A stretch of DNA of 64,000 nt, from assembly GCA_050248615.1 (NCBI GenBank), contig JBFWSA010000007.1:1-64000 (forward strand), given 5' to 3'. The notes beneath the pieces are model-generated. The model made no database searches and was not told the DNA's origin. It saw nothing but the letters and a program-made list of their open reading frames with translations. Position 1 is the first letter of the stretch. Each line of letters starts with the position of its first letter. The DNA comes from Simkaniaceae bacterium. Its GTDB lineage: Bacteria; Chlamydiota; Chlamydiia; Chlamydiales; Simkaniaceae. Positions 38,398 to 48,846 of the stretch are shown piece by piece. Position numbers and translations under genes: made by a program.

Positions 38398-40374
38398 ATG
38401 GATAAGAAAACGCTAGGGGATTATTCTATTATTAAACAGATCGGGCAAGGAACGCTTGGATCGGTCTTTTTAGCTGAGCATCGCTTTGTAAAACAGCAAT
38501 ATATTCTGAAGGTGCTACCTGAAGAGATGGCAACAGACCGGAATTTTATTCAACGTTTTGAGAAGCATGTGGCCACCCTTGCTAAACTGGATCACCCCCA
38601 TATTGTCAAGATCCATAATGTCTCTTTTGCTGAAGGGTATTATTTCTTAGTCACCGATTGCATCGTGGATTGTTTTGGGGAAACGACAAATCTAACGCAA
38701 TATTTAAGCGTCAATAAGCAAAGTCTTAACGAAAATGAAATTCTCGAGCTTTTGACGCAAGTCGCTTCCGCCCTTCATTATGCCCACCAAATGCAAATAG
38801 GGGGGCAACCTCTTGCGCATCGTGGCTTAAAATTGAATAACATTTTGATTGGAAAAGGGGCGCGTGGACTCCATGTTTACCTTTCAGATTTTGGACTTTC
38901 TCATATTATCGGAGAAGGGGCTATTCTTACCCGTATGTATAAAGTGCTTGCTGATGTTCTCTCTTTAGATCTTTCCCAATCCACCTTTACCAAGCCGGGT
39001 GAAGAGAAGTTTTTAACCGGAACGATTGACTCAGGGAAACTTTCCAAACTCCATGCTTCCTTTTTGCAAGTTTACCACTTTCTAGCTCCTGAACAAAAAA
39101 TTTATCGAGAAAAACCTGTCGGTCCCCAAGCTGACACTTTTGCTTTTGGGATCCTTGCGTACTTTTTGCTGATGCACTGTTTTCCCGAAGGAAATTTCCC
39201 TCTCCCGAATGAAATCTATCCCGATTTTCGTTTGAATTGGAATTTACTCGTTAAAGAATGTCTCCATCCTGACCCCACAAAGCGCCCACCTGCTTTACTC
39301 AAGCTTTTAGATACTCTTACCCAGCCGAAAATGAAAAAAACGCCTGTTTATGAAGAGGAAGAAGAGGCTATTTTAGATTGGAATGAATCTGAAGAATCCC
39401 CCCTTCCCGATGAGGATGAAGAGGGGGCTGTCGCTGTTGCAACAAGAGAAGAAGATGATGAGATTACCCCTAGGCAAATGGATATGCTTCATGAAGTCTC
39501 TGAAATGATAAGAAGCCAAGCCAAGCCTGTTCTTAATCCCCAAGAAGTCAAACGTCCCCAGTATGACCCCGATCCTGCTGCCGCCTTTCAGGTAGATAGC
39601 ACTGTGGCTCGTTATGTTCCTAAAGAGGAAAAGATCCAAAATATCGAGCCCATTCCTTCTGAAATGGTGGTTATCAAAGAAGGGGAGTATTATCGGGGGA
39701 GTGATGAGGGAGGACGCGATGAACGTCCTCGCCACCAAGTCAAGCTTTCGAGTTTTGCACTCGATATCCATCCGGTCACCAACGAGCAGTTTGTTCGCTT
39801 TTTAGAGGTTATGGGAGGGGAAAAAAATGCCAATAATCAAGATATTATTCGTCTGCGGGAATCTCGCATTCGACGCCATGGAGGAAAAGTTAGCATTGAG
39901 TCGGGTTATAGCAAACATCCTGTGATCGGAGTCACCTGGTATGGAGCCATTGCCTATGCGAAATGGATTGGGAAGCGTCTACCTACAGAAGCCGAATGGG
40001 AAGTGGCTGCTTCTTGCTGTGAGGAGTTAATTTACCCAACTGGAGCTGGGATAGAACGTACCCAAGCAAACTTTTTTAGCGCGGATACCACTCCTGTTAA
40101 GAGTTATCCTCCCAACAAACTGGGTCTCTATGACATGGTTGGGAATGTCTATGAATGGTGCCAAGATTGGTATGATTATAATTACTATGAAACGGCGATG
40201 CAACGTCCCGATAACCCCAAGGGACCCCTTCAAGGAGTCTATCGCGTTTTAAGGGGAGGTTGCTGGAAAAGTCTAAAAGACGATCTACGCTGCGCTCACC
40301 GTCATCGCAACAATCCTGGAATTGTAAACCGTACCTACGGCTTCCGGTGCGCTGCTGATGTCGAAGCTGAATAG
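38398..40374 (+). CDS. pkn1: Ser/Thr kinase-like domain fused to FGE-sulfatase domain (Pkn1-type)
   Basis: GQGTLG, ILK, DFG, APE; C-terminal RLPTEAEWE, GNVYEWC, RVLRGG, GFRC. Confidence 0.85.
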   Translation: MDKKTLGDYSIIKQIGQGTLGSVFLAEHRFVKQQYILKVLPEEMATDRNFIQRFEKHVATLAKLDHPHIVKIHNVSFAEGYYFLVTDCIVDCFGETTNLTQYLSVNKQSLNENEILELLTQVASALHYAHQMQIGGQPLAHRGLKLNNILIGKGARGLHVYLSDFGLSHIIGEGAILTRMYKVLADVLSLDLSQSTFTKPGEEKFLTGTIDSGKLSKLHASFLQVYHFLAPEQKIYREKPVGPQADTFAFGILAYFLLMHCFPEGNFPLPNEIYPDFRLNWNLLVKECLHPDPTKRPPALLKLLDTLTQPKMKKTPVYEEEEEAILDWNESEESPLPDEDEEGAVAVATREEDDEITPRQMDMLHEVSEMIRSQAKPVLNPQEVKRPQYDPDPAAAFQVDSTVARYVPKEEKIQNIEPIPSEMVVIKEGEYYRGSDEGGRDERPRHQVKLSSFALDIHPVTNEQFVRFLEVMGGEKNANNQDIIRLRESRIRRHGGKVSIESGYSKHPVIGVTWYGAIAYAKWIGKRLPTEAEWEVAASCCEELIYPTGAGIERTQANFFSADTTPVKSYPPNKLGLYDMVGNVYEWCQDWYDYNYYETAMQRPDNPKGPLQGVYRVLRGGCWKSLKDDLRCAHRHRNNPGIVNRTYGFRCAADVEAE

Positions 40375-40825
40375 CTTTCTCTTCGTTTGTGCGGGAAACA
40401 TCTGCCGCTCTCCTTCACTGAAAGGAATTTTAGAGCATCAATTACAGCAAAAAAGAATTTTAGCCCACATTGAAAGTTGTGGTCTTTATGCCTCTTTCTT
40501 AGGTTCCCCTCCTGATCAACGGATGCAAGAAGTTGCAAAAGCCCATGGCCTGAAATTAGAAAATCGAGCCAAACTCTTTGAAGCATCCTTTTTTGATGAG
40601 TTCGATGCCATCTTCTGCGTGACTGAGGAGATTCTGGAGGCTGTCGCAGCAAGGGCTCACCAGAAAGAATTCCTTGATAAACTCTACCTTGCCACCCACT
40701 TTTCCAAAAACCATCGGGATCAAGACATCCCTGATCCCTATTATGGTGGGGCAAAAGGATTTGAGAGCGTTTGGAGTCTCATGGAAGAGGCTTGTGAAGG
40801 AATTATTGCCCATTTTTACCCTTGA
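40358..40825 (+). CDS. Low molecular weight protein phosphatase (LMW-PTP family)
   Basis: FVCAGNICRS P-loop and DIPDPYYG. Confidence 0.92.
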   Translation: MSKLNSFLFVCAGNICRSPSLKGILEHQLQQKRILAHIESCGLYASFLGSPPDQRMQEVAKAHGLKLENRAKLFEASFFDEFDAIFCVTEEILEAVAARAHQKEFLDKLYLATHFSKNHRDQDIPDPYYGGAKGFESVWSLMEEACEGIIAHFYP

Positions 40826-40850
40826 ACAAATGCACGGTATTTTTTACCAT

Positions 40851-40885
40851 TATTCTCAAACAACTTTTGAAATTGGTTGAGTATA
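40851..40885. mobile_element. Collapsed 35-bp family A MITE remnant, 5 bp upstream of ispH
   Basis: TATTCTCAAACAACTTTTGAAATTGGTTGAGTATA; 4 differences from the reverse complement of 51290-51324. Confidence 0.75.
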
Positions 40886-40890
40886 AACGC

Positions 40891-41844
40891 ATGAAATTAT
40901 TGCTTTCAAAACCTAGGGGTTTTTGCGCCGGCGTGGTGCGAGCCATTGAGACTGTAGAAAAAGCTCTACAACTATGGGGAGCTCCCATCTATGTCAAACA
41001 TCAGATTGTTCATAATCGCCATGTTGTGGAAGATTTGGAAAGCAAAGGGGCCATTTTTATTGAAGACCTCGACGAAGTTCCTGAGGGAAGTCGGGTGATC
41101 TATTCTGCCCATGGAATTCCTCCTTCTGTTAGAGAACATGCAAAAAAACGGCGTTTAATTGAAATCGATGCCTCTTGTGGTTTAGTGATTCGAGTCCATT
41201 CAGCAGCTAAACGTTTTGCCAGTAAAGGGTATCATATTCTTTTGATCGGCCATCGCAAGCATGTTGAAGTGATTGGAACAGCTGGGGAAGCTCCAGAAGC
41301 AACAACGATTATTGAATCTGTGGATGATGTTGCCAAACTGCATTTCCCTCCAGAGCAAAAACTTTTTTATACGACGCAAACCACCCTCAGTCTTGATGAT
41401 GTCAAAGAGATTACCGATGCCCTCCAAGAAAAATACCCTCACATTGAAACGTTGCCGAGCTCCTCTATCTGCTATGCGACAACAAATCGTCAACTCGCTC
41501 TTAGAGAAATCACCCACTCTGTGGATCTTGTCTTAGTTGTAGGGGATCCCACCAGTTCAAACTCCAATCGTCTTTGCGAAGTTGCCATTAAGCGGGGCAT
41601 TCCTGCCTATTTAATCAATGATCCCCACGAGATCAATCCTTCATGGCTTCAGGGCGTTCAAGCCATTGGCCTCACAGCTGGAGCCTCCACCCCCGAGTCT
41701 ATTGTACAAAAATGTATCGAACACCTCGAAAGCCTGGGTGTTACTGAGACCGAAGAGGTAGAGTTTACTGAAGAAAATGTCTTCTTCCAGCTTCCCAAAG
41801 AGGTTCTAGTGCCTGACCGCAAAAGTCCTTCATGGAATTTTTAG
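40891..41844 (+). CDS. ispH: 4-hydroxy-3-methylbut-2-enyl diphosphate reductase; C-terminus altered by MITE insertion
   Basis: PRGFCAGV, IVHN, SAHG, TQTT, ICYATTNRQ, SSNSNRL, TAGASTP. Confidence 0.96.
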   Translation: MKLLLSKPRGFCAGVVRAIETVEKALQLWGAPIYVKHQIVHNRHVVEDLESKGAIFIEDLDEVPEGSRVIYSAHGIPPSVREHAKKRRLIEIDASCGLVIRVHSAAKRFASKGYHILLIGHRKHVEVIGTAGEAPEATTIIESVDDVAKLHFPPEQKLFYTTQTTLSLDDVKEITDALQEKYPHIETLPSSSICYATTNRQLALREITHSVDLVLVVGDPTSSNSNRLCEVAIKRGIPAYLINDPHEINPSWLQGVQAIGLTAGASTPESIVQKCIEHLESLGVTETEEVEFTEENVFFQLPKEVLVPDRKSPSWNF

Positions 41845-41974
41845 CGTCAAAGTTCTCGGGCTTGAGCTGCCGAAAAGGGCGCTGTATTTAATGCAATACA
41901 GCGCCCTTTTCGGCAGTTCAATCGCGGGTCTTTCACGCAAAAATTACTGCAAGAACTTTTGTGGTCAGGCACTA
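41807..41974. mobile_element. MITE family C (164 bp plus TA flanks)
   Basis: 22-bp TIR GTGCCTGACCRCAAAAGTYCTT; perfect 22-bp internal stem. Confidence 0.92.
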
Positions 41975-42149
41975 GTGGTCCTTAACAAAAATTCTTCAGG
42001 TAATTTCGGCGTCAAAGCCGCTGAAATCACCGAACGCAAGTTCATTCGTATTGCATTAATACGGATGAACTTGCGTAGCCTGGCGGTCGATGATTTGAGC
42101 GAGCTTTCACGCTTGAAATAACTCAAAGAATTTTTGTTAAGGACCACTA
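41973..42149. mobile_element. MITE family D (173 bp plus TA flanks), abutting family C at a shared TA
   Basis: Perfect 22-bp TIR GTGGTCCTTAACAAAAATTCTT; 19-bp internal stem. Confidence 0.92.
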
Positions 42150-42211
42150 GCTACCTCTGTTTGAGGATAAGTATTTGCATTTTATCTTGTTTCCTTTCAT
42201 ATACATTTTTT

Positions 42212-44089
42212 ATGAAGGAACATGCGGAAAAGCAGTCAAAAATTTCTCAAATCGATAAGGGATCTCTTAAACGGGTCTTGGGCGTAGGGGATCTTTTTGC
42301 CGTAGGCTACGGCGATTTGGGTTCTTCGATTTATTATGCTTTAGGGATTACAGCTTTATTTGCTTTAGGAGCAACGCCTCTATCCCTCCTGATTGCGGGA
42401 CTTGTTTTTGCCTGTACAGCACTTTCTTATGCTGAGTTGACATCGATGTTACGTGACTCGGGAGGATCGGCCTCTTTTGCAAGACATGCTTTTAATGATC
42501 TCATTTCTTTTATTGCGGGGTGGGGACTTCTTTTAGACTTTATTGTCACCATTGCGATATCGGCCTTTTCTATCGGCCCTTACTTAGGATTTTTCTTCCC
42601 TGTTCTGATGCTTCCCTGGGTAAAAATTGGGTTTTCGGTGGGAGTGATTGCCATCCTTTTTGTGATCAACTTTTTTGGTGCAAAAAATTCCGCACGGATG
42701 AGTTGGTTTTTAACAACCATGACGCTTTCAACGCAGGTTTTGATTATTATTGCGGGTGCCATTTGGTTTTTAAATATCCCCGATCTTTGGAATCATATTC
42801 GCATCGGCATCCCCGGATCTCCTTGGTCTCCCTCTTGGGGAGAATTCTTAAAAGGGACGACCATGGCGATGGTTGCCTACACAGGGATTGAATCGATGGC
42901 GCAGCTAAGCGGAGAAGCCAAATACCCGGCGCGTACGGTTCCACGGGCGATGATGCTTGCGATGGGGATGCTCCTTTTCGTCTATATTGGGATCTCCGTT
43001 GTTGCCTTATCAGCCGTTTCTCCTCAAGAATTGGGAAGTACCTATTTGGACAATCCGATCGCGGGAATTATCTCAAAGTTTCCTTTTGGAGGAAAAATTT
43101 TGGGTGGGTGGGTCGGCCTTTTAGCGGCGATTATCTTATTTGTCGCTTCAAATGCAGGGCTCATGGGAGCCTCTCGCCTTTCCTTTCATATGGGGGAAAA
43201 TTACCAAGTCCCGCGAACAGTTTATAAATTACACAAAAAGTATAAAACCCCCTATGTCTCCTTAGCGATTTTTGCCGTGCTAGCTTCTATTATCCTTGTT
43301 GCCTCAAGGGGAAGACTGACGTTCTTAGCAGATCTTTATACCTTTGGAGCGATGCTTGCCTTTTTTATGACCCACGTTTCTATTATTGCGATTCGGATCA
43401 AATACCCCGATATGAAACGCCCTTTTAGGGTTCCTTTCAATATTCGCTATAAAAAGGCATCCATACCGATTACAGCCATCATTGGGGGATTTGCTACGCT
43501 GATGACATGGATCTTAGTGGTTGTCACCAAGCCCGATGGGAGAAACTTAGGCTTTGCTTGGATTATTTTGGGACTCTTAATGTATTTTTTCTACCGTCAC
43601 AGGCAAGACATTGCACCCACGGGTAAGGTGGAAATCGAAAAAATTAAAATCCCTGAATTTAAAGCTTCACGCTATCAACACATCCTGGTGCCGACCCGAG
43701 GGGGAAGAGAAACCGAGACAGTTCAAATGGCCTGTGAAATTGCTAAAGTCCATGGGGCTGATGTGACGGCGATCCATGTCGTCGAAGTCCCTTTTTCTCT
43801 CCCTTTGGAAACCCCTCTTTATCACCGCACTGTTGTTGCCGAATCGATCCTTAAGAGGGCTGAAGCTATCGGTAGAGAATTTAATATCGCCATGAAATTG
43901 CGTGTTGTGAATGCCAGAACGGTGGATGGGGCTATCTTAGAGTTAATCGAAAAAGAACACTTTGATCTTTTGGTCTTGGGGACGATGATAACGGGTTCTG
44001 GAGCAACCAAAGGGTATGGGGCTGTTGTGGAAAAAATTCTCAAATCTTCTCGTTGCCCTGTCTGGATCTGTTGTAGTACCCCTCGTTAA
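42212..44089 (+). CDS. APC-family amino acid permease with C-terminal universal stress protein domain
   Basis: LKRVLG, GSSIYYALG, SYAEL…GG, AYTGIES; USP HILVP…AIHVVEVP…CPVW. The track's TTG start at 42134 is inside a MITE. Confidence 0.9.
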   Translation: MKEHAEKQSKISQIDKGSLKRVLGVGDLFAVGYGDLGSSIYYALGITALFALGATPLSLLIAGLVFACTALSYAELTSMLRDSGGSASFARHAFNDLISFIAGWGLLLDFIVTIAISAFSIGPYLGFFFPVLMLPWVKIGFSVGVIAILFVINFFGAKNSARMSWFLTTMTLSTQVLIIIAGAIWFLNIPDLWNHIRIGIPGSPWSPSWGEFLKGTTMAMVAYTGIESMAQLSGEAKYPARTVPRAMMLAMGMLLFVYIGISVVALSAVSPQELGSTYLDNPIAGIISKFPFGGKILGGWVGLLAAIILFVASNAGLMGASRLSFHMGENYQVPRTVYKLHKKYKTPYVSLAIFAVLASIILVASRGRLTFLADLYTFGAMLAFFMTHVSIIAIRIKYPDMKRPFRVPFNIRYKKASIPITAIIGGFATLMTWILVVVTKPDGRNLGFAWIILGLLMYFFYRHRQDIAPTGKVEIEKIKIPEFKASRYQHILVPTRGGRETETVQMACEIAKVHGADVTAIHVVEVPFSLPLETPLYHRTVVAESILKRAEAIGREFNIAMKLRVVNARTVDGAILELIEKEHFDLLVLGTMITGSGATKGYGAVVEKILKSSRCPVWICCSTPR

Positions 44090-44092
44090 GTG

Positions 44093-45037
44093 TTAATGCC
44101 CTATTGTCAGAACCTTATACTGGAATCTCAAGGGATCGCGTCTACAGTTGGGACAAGAGGGGAGTCGATCTTCTCTAAGCGTAAAGCGTAAGTTCTTTGC
44201 CTGCCCATTTTGGATCTGTGCCATCACTTGAAATCCTGAGATGAAGTTTTCACTTTTTCCATAGAGATGTCCCACAATGCATTTTCTATGAAATAGGTGA
44301 TGGATGCAATGGTAGGTGTCGGGTTTGGTTTCCAAACAAATCGCACAGCTTTCTTCTTCCCGGGGATTTTTCTTAGGAAGCATTAGGAAGTAGGAAGAAA
44401 AAACAAATTGGTTGACTCGATCGAGTGCCTCTTGAATAACCGGAGACTCAGAGACTCTAACTCCGGGGTTGCCCATTTTCCTTTCAAACTTAAGCCAGGG
44501 TGTATCAGTAAAAATATAAAAACTATAAAGCTGTAAGAGCACGATACCCCAATAGGGCTGAGGGGAGTTAGAAAAATAGGCGAGAGCTAAAGTCAGGGTC
44601 ATTTCTATTACAGATAAGCATTGTGTGTATTTTTCCTCTTCGGGTCGCTCCCAGCGGACTTGGATGTTTTCTCTTTGGTGAAGGGGAATGTTGTCTATTA
44701 GCTCCTCAAGGTTAGGTCTTCTGGAATTATAGGCAGTATTTAGAAGCGAGATACCTAGATAGGAAACAAAACCTACCCCCACAATGGATCCACTACTTAA
44801 AACCGTGTTCCAGGTAGAGGGAGCGCGCCAGGGTATTTCTTTATCAAGATGAAGTCCAGACCAACACATAAAAATAAGATCGGTTGCAAATAGATATTTA
44901 TCTACCTGATCCATTTTACTTTGAAAGAGGGAATAGCTGCGACAATGATCGATGGCTGCATGAACGATTTGTTTTATGAGATAGATGTTGGTAAAGTTAA
45001 GATTCGCATAGTGTTTTAAAGAATTGAGCAGGTTCAT
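44093..45037 (-). CDS. Membrane protein with a C-terminal RING-H2-like zinc finger
   Basis: C-x2-C-x9-C-x2-H-x2-H-x2-C-x41-C-x2-C; several hydrophobic segments. Confidence 0.7.
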   Translation of the reverse strand: MNLLNSLKHYANLNFTNIYLIKQIVHAAIDHCRSYSLFQSKMDQVDKYLFATDLIFMCWSGLHLDKEIPWRAPSTWNTVLSSGSIVGVGFVSYLGISLLNTAYNSRRPNLEELIDNIPLHQRENIQVRWERPEEEKYTQCLSVIEMTLTLALAYFSNSPQPYWGIVLLQLYSFYIFTDTPWLKFERKMGNPGVRVSESPVIQEALDRVNQFVFSSYFLMLPKKNPREEESCAICLETKPDTYHCIHHLFHRKCIVGHLYGKSENFISGFQVMAQIQNGQAKNLRFTLREDRLPSCPNCRRDPLRFQYKVLTIGH

Positions 45038-45999
45038 TTTTTTTCCATGGTATAAAGGTGACAGGCGACTTTATGACCAGGGGAAATTTCTTGCCATTGG
45101 GGGCGCTTTTGGTGGCAAAGGGGCATCGCTTTGGGGCATCTTGTACAAAACACACACCCTTTGGGAGGGTTGATTGGGCTGGGGACCTCTCCTTTAAGAA
45201 GGATCCGCGTTCGCTTTTTTTCAATTGAGGGGTCTGGGATGGGGATCGCAGAGAGTAACCCTTGCGTATAGGGATGAAGGGGATTTGTGTAGAGATCGAT
45301 ACTGGGTGCTAGCTCGACTAAATGTCCTAAATACATCACAGCAACCCGTGTAGAGATATATTTAACCATTGCCAAGTCATGGGAGATAAAAAGATAGGTC
45401 AGACCCATGTCTTCCTGCAGCTTTTTCAGTAAATTAACGATCTGCGCTTGGATAGAGACATCGAGTGCTGCAATCGGTTCATCACAAACAATAAATCGGG
45501 GATTTAAAGCTAGAGCACGGGCAATCCCAATCCGTTGGCGTTGCCCTCCACTAAATTCATGGGGAAATCGTCCATAATACTCAGGGCGCAGTCCCACAAG
45601 TTTTAAGAGTTCATGAACACGCTCCTCTCTTTGGGAGGGGTCTAAAATACGATGAATATTTAAAGGTTCTGCAATAATCTCTCCTGCCGTCATTCGGGGA
45701 TTCAGAGAGGCATAGGGATCTTGGAAAATATACTGCATATCATGGCGCAGGGTTTTAATTTTTTTCCGTTTAAGATCTAAAATACTTTTTCCATCAAAAC
45801 GGATATCCCCACGTGTAGGCTCATAAAGGCGCATCAGAGCCCGCGCCAGGGCAGTCTTCCCACAACCACTCTCTCCCACTAATCCTAATGTCTCTTGAGG
45901 AAAGATTTCAAAGCTCACGTCATCTACAGCTCTTAAGACTTTTCCTTTGTAAGAGAAATATTTTTTTAAGTGGCGTACTTGGATAAGAGGTTTCATCAT
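45034..45999 (-). CDS. oppF: Oligopeptide ABC transporter ATPase
   Basis: [21 protein letters not shown]-terminal GCVFCTRC. Confidence 0.92.
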   Translation of the reverse strand: MMKPLIQVRHLKKYFSYKGKVLRAVDDVSFEIFPQETLGLVGESGCGKTALARALMRLYEPTRGDIRFDGKSILDLKRKKIKTLRHDMQYIFQDPYASLNPRMTAGEIIAEPLNIHRILDPSQREERVHELLKLVGLRPEYYGRFPHEFSGGQRQRIGIARALALNPRFIVCDEPIAALDVSIQAQIVNLLKKLQEDMGLTYLFISHDLAMVKYISTRVAVMYLGHLVELAPSIDLYTNPLHPYTQGLLSAIPIPDPSIEKKRTRILLKGEVPSPINPPKGCVFCTRCPKAMPLCHQKRPQWQEISPGHKVACHLYTMEKK

Positions 46000-46997
46000 T
46001 TACCCTCCTGATTACGTGTCAACCTAGGGTTGAAAAGCCAACAAGAGACTTGATGATTAGGCTCTACTTCAAAAACTTTGGGGTTTGCCTCCTGGCAAAT
46101 AGGCATTGCATGAGGGCAACGTTTATGAAAGCTACACCCTTTTAATTTACATCCTAAATCTGGGGGAGATCCATGAATGGAATAGAGTTGCCTTTTGGGA
46201 GGTAAATCCAAACGGGGGATAGAATTCAGGAGACGACGGGTATAAGGATGTTTGGGAGCACGGAAAAGCTCTTCGACGGGAGCACTTTCTACAATTTCTC
46301 CAGCATACATCACAATCACCCGGTCGCAAAAATTTGCGATAATACTGAGATCATGGGTGATAAGCAAAATGCTCATCTGCTCTTTTTGTTGGAATTCTCT
46401 CAGTAACTCTAAAATTTGCGCTTGAATCGTGACATCTAAAGCTGTAGTAGGCTCATCGGCAATTAAGATATGGGGGGCTGAGATCATGGCAATCGCAATC
46501 ATGACCCGCTGACGCATCCCTCCGCTCAGCTCATGGGGATACTGATCCATCCGAGATTCTGCGTCGGGGATCCCCACCCGCTCTAAAAGCTCTAAAACCC
46601 GCAGCTCCGCCTCTTGCTTAGACACATGAGGGTGATGCAAAGCATACCCTTCTACGATTTGCTTCCCGATTTTCATTGTAGGGTTGAGGGAGGTCATCGG
46701 ATCTTGAAAAATCATTCCGATTTCATTCCCCCGAATCTTCCGCATCTCTCGCTCGTTTTTAAGAAGAATATCCTCCCCTTTATAGAGAATTCTCCCTTTC
46801 TCAATTTTAGAAGAGACAGGGGGGAGAAGGCGGGTAATACTTTTTGCCATGACCGATTTGCCACACCCCGATTCTCCAACGATTCCTAATGCTTCCCCTC
46901 TATAGAGATCAAAAGTCACCCCACGGACAGCCCGAATTTTTTTAGATAGTGTGGAAAAGGAAGTATGGAGATCTTCAACCTGAAGGAGTTTTTTCAT
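45996..46997 (-). CDS. oppD: Oligopeptide ABC transporter ATPase
   Basis: [30 protein letters not shown]. Confidence 0.93.
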   Translation of the reverse strand: MKKLLQVEDLHTSFSTLSKKIRAVRGVTFDLYRGEALGIVGESGCGKSVMAKSITRLLPPVSSKIEKGRILYKGEDILLKNEREMRKIRGNEIGMIFQDPMTSLNPTMKIGKQIVEGYALHHPHVSKQEAELRVLELLERVGIPDAESRMDQYPHELSGGMRQRVMIAIAMISAPHILIADEPTTALDVTIQAQILELLREFQQKEQMSILLITHDLSIIANFCDRVIVMYAGEIVESAPVEELFRAPKHPYTRRLLNSIPRLDLPPKRQLYSIHGSPPDLGCKLKGCSFHKRCPHAMPICQEANPKVFEVEPNHQVSCWLFNPRLTRNQEGK

Positions 46998-47899
46998 GTC
47001 CGTAGCCTAGGGTCAAATGCGTCGCGAATGCCATCGCCCAGGATGTTGAGAGCGAGCATCGTCACGCTAATAAAAGCAGCCGGGAAAAAAAGGCGCCAAG
47101 GATAATAACGCAAAGCGGAAAGGCCATCACTGGCCATTGTTCCCCAGCTGGCAATTGGAGCTTGCACACCCAGCCCTAAAAAGCTGAGGAAGGCTTCGGT
47201 AAAAATGGCCGCAGGAATGGTCAGGGTCATCGTCGTGATAATGGAGCCGATACAGTTGGGGATGAGATGACGAAGCAAAATCCGTATGCGACTGGCTCCC
47301 AGCATATAAGCTGCTAGAACAAAGTCATTTTGCTTGATTTGCAAAATCTGTCCGCGCACAATGCGCGCCATATTGATCCATCCTGTAATGGTCAGAGCAA
47401 TCAAAATAGTAAAAACACCTGGTTTCATAATGACCATCAGTAGGATCACGATCAAAAGGTGGGGAAGGGAATAGAGAATATCGGTGATACGCATCATGAA
47501 CTCTTCTGTTTTCCCTCCAATCATTCCTGCAAAGGCTCCATAAAACACACCAATAGCCATATCAATAATAGCTGCCGTAATCCCCACAAAAAGGGAGATC
47601 CGCGCTCCCCACCAAATGCGGGTAAAAAGATCCCTTCCCAGCTCATCGGTTCCAAACCAAAAATCTTTGCAAGGGGGAGTGTTTTTTAGGTGGAGATGGG
47701 TTTCATAATAGGTATGGGGGCTAATAAAAGGGACCACTGCTGCTGCAACGAGAAAAACAGCTAAGATAATCAGACCAAAAATAGCAGGGCGGTTTTGACA
47801 AAGACGGATCCAGGCATCCCTCCAGTAGGAAATCCCTTTTTCAGGGATTGCATCGACTGCGAGAGACGGGGTAGCGATTAAAATGTCTGCTTCCTTCAT
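46994..47899 (-). CDS. oppC: Oligopeptide ABC transporter permease
   Basis: WFGTDELGRD, RHLIPN, EAFLSFLGLG, DAFDPR. Confidence 0.94.
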   Translation of the reverse strand: MKEADILIATPSLAVDAIPEKGISYWRDAWIRLCQNRPAIFGLIILAVFLVAAAVVPFISPHTYYETHLHLKNTPPCKDFWFGTDELGRDLFTRIWWGARISLFVGITAAIIDMAIGVFYGAFAGMIGGKTEEFMMRITDILYSLPHLLIVILLMVIMKPGVFTILIALTITGWINMARIVRGQILQIKQNDFVLAAYMLGASRIRILLRHLIPNCIGSIITTMTLTIPAAIFTEAFLSFLGLGVQAPIASWGTMASDGLSALRYYPWRLFFPAAFISVTMLALNILGDGIRDAFDPRLRT

Positions 47900-48837
47900 A
47901 GCCTAACCTTTTTCTTTCCGACAACCTGGATTCTCGGGTCAACTAAAGAATACACAATATCAACCAAAAGAACCGAAAACATGAGGATGGCACTATAAAA
48001 AACCGTGACTCCCATGATCACGGTATAGTCACGATTCGTAATGCTCGTTACAAACCATCCCCCAAGACCGGGAATACCAAAGATTTTTTCCACAATGAAG
48101 CTTCCCGTCAAAACAGCACTTGCCAAAGGTGCTAAATAGGTAATGACAGGTAAGAGGCTATTTTTTAATACATGTTTCAAAACAACTTGAGTTGTAGAAA
48201 GTCCTTTAGATCTTGCGGTTTGGACATAATCTTGTTCAAGCACTTCAACCATATTTGCTCGGGTTAAACGTGCAATGAATGCTGTGGGAAGGGCTGCTAA
48301 GGCCAGAGCTGGTAAAATAGAATGGGCAAAAGATCCCCATCTAGCTACAGGGAATAGATCGAGTTTCATGGCCAAAAAAAACTGAAGAAATGTCGCCATA
48401 ATGAAATTTGGTACAGAAATGCCGATGACAGCAAAAATCATACACAAATGGTCCTGCCATTTAGAACGTTTTACTGCAGCAATGGACCCTAAAATGATGC
48501 CGACAAACAAGGCAATAAAAATGGCTTCTAACCCTAAAACCAAGGAGACAGGAAAGCCCTCTCGAATGATATCGTTGACTGTACGCCCCTCGTATTTAAA
48601 CGAAGGGCCAAGGTTCCACGTTACAAGCCCCTTGAGGTAACGTCCATACTGCACATACCAAGGTTGATCCAAACCATAGTGGGCATACATACTTTTCATG
48701 ATCTCTTCTGGGATCGCTTGCTCTTGCATAAAAGGATCCCCAGGAGCCGCTTGCATGAGAAAAAAGGTGACAGAGGCCACAAGGTAGAGAGAGGCGATCA
48801 GCAGCAATAATTTTCGAATCAAATATTTAAATTTCAT
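47896..48837 (-). CDS. oppB: Oligopeptide ABC transporter permease
   Basis: APGDP, YGLDQP, TARSKGL, VEKIFGIPGLG, DPRI. Confidence 0.94.
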   Translation of the reverse strand: MKFKYLIRKLLLLIASLYLVASVTFFLMQAAPGDPFMQEQAIPEEIMKSMYAHYGLDQPWYVQYGRYLKGLVTWNLGPSFKYEGRTVNDIIREGFPVSLVLGLEAIFIALFVGIILGSIAAVKRSKWQDHLCMIFAVIGISVPNFIMATFLQFFLAMKLDLFPVARWGSFAHSILPALALAALPTAFIARLTRANMVEVLEQDYVQTARSKGLSTTQVVLKHVLKNSLLPVITYLAPLASAVLTGSFIVEKIFGIPGLGGWFVTSITNRDYTVIMGVTVFYSAILMFSVLLVDIVYSLVDPRIQVVGKKKVRL

Positions 48838-48846
48838 ATCAAAGTC

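Noticed and set aside
41891..42147. ORFs 41891-42121 and 41965-42147, also 61697-61963
   Set aside because: They lie within MITE sequence and are artefacts of the palindromes
45034..45046. A8 run at the oppF stop as a programmed frameshift fusing OppF to the RING protein
   Set aside because: An ordinary ATGA overlap explains it, and no stimulatory structure is seen
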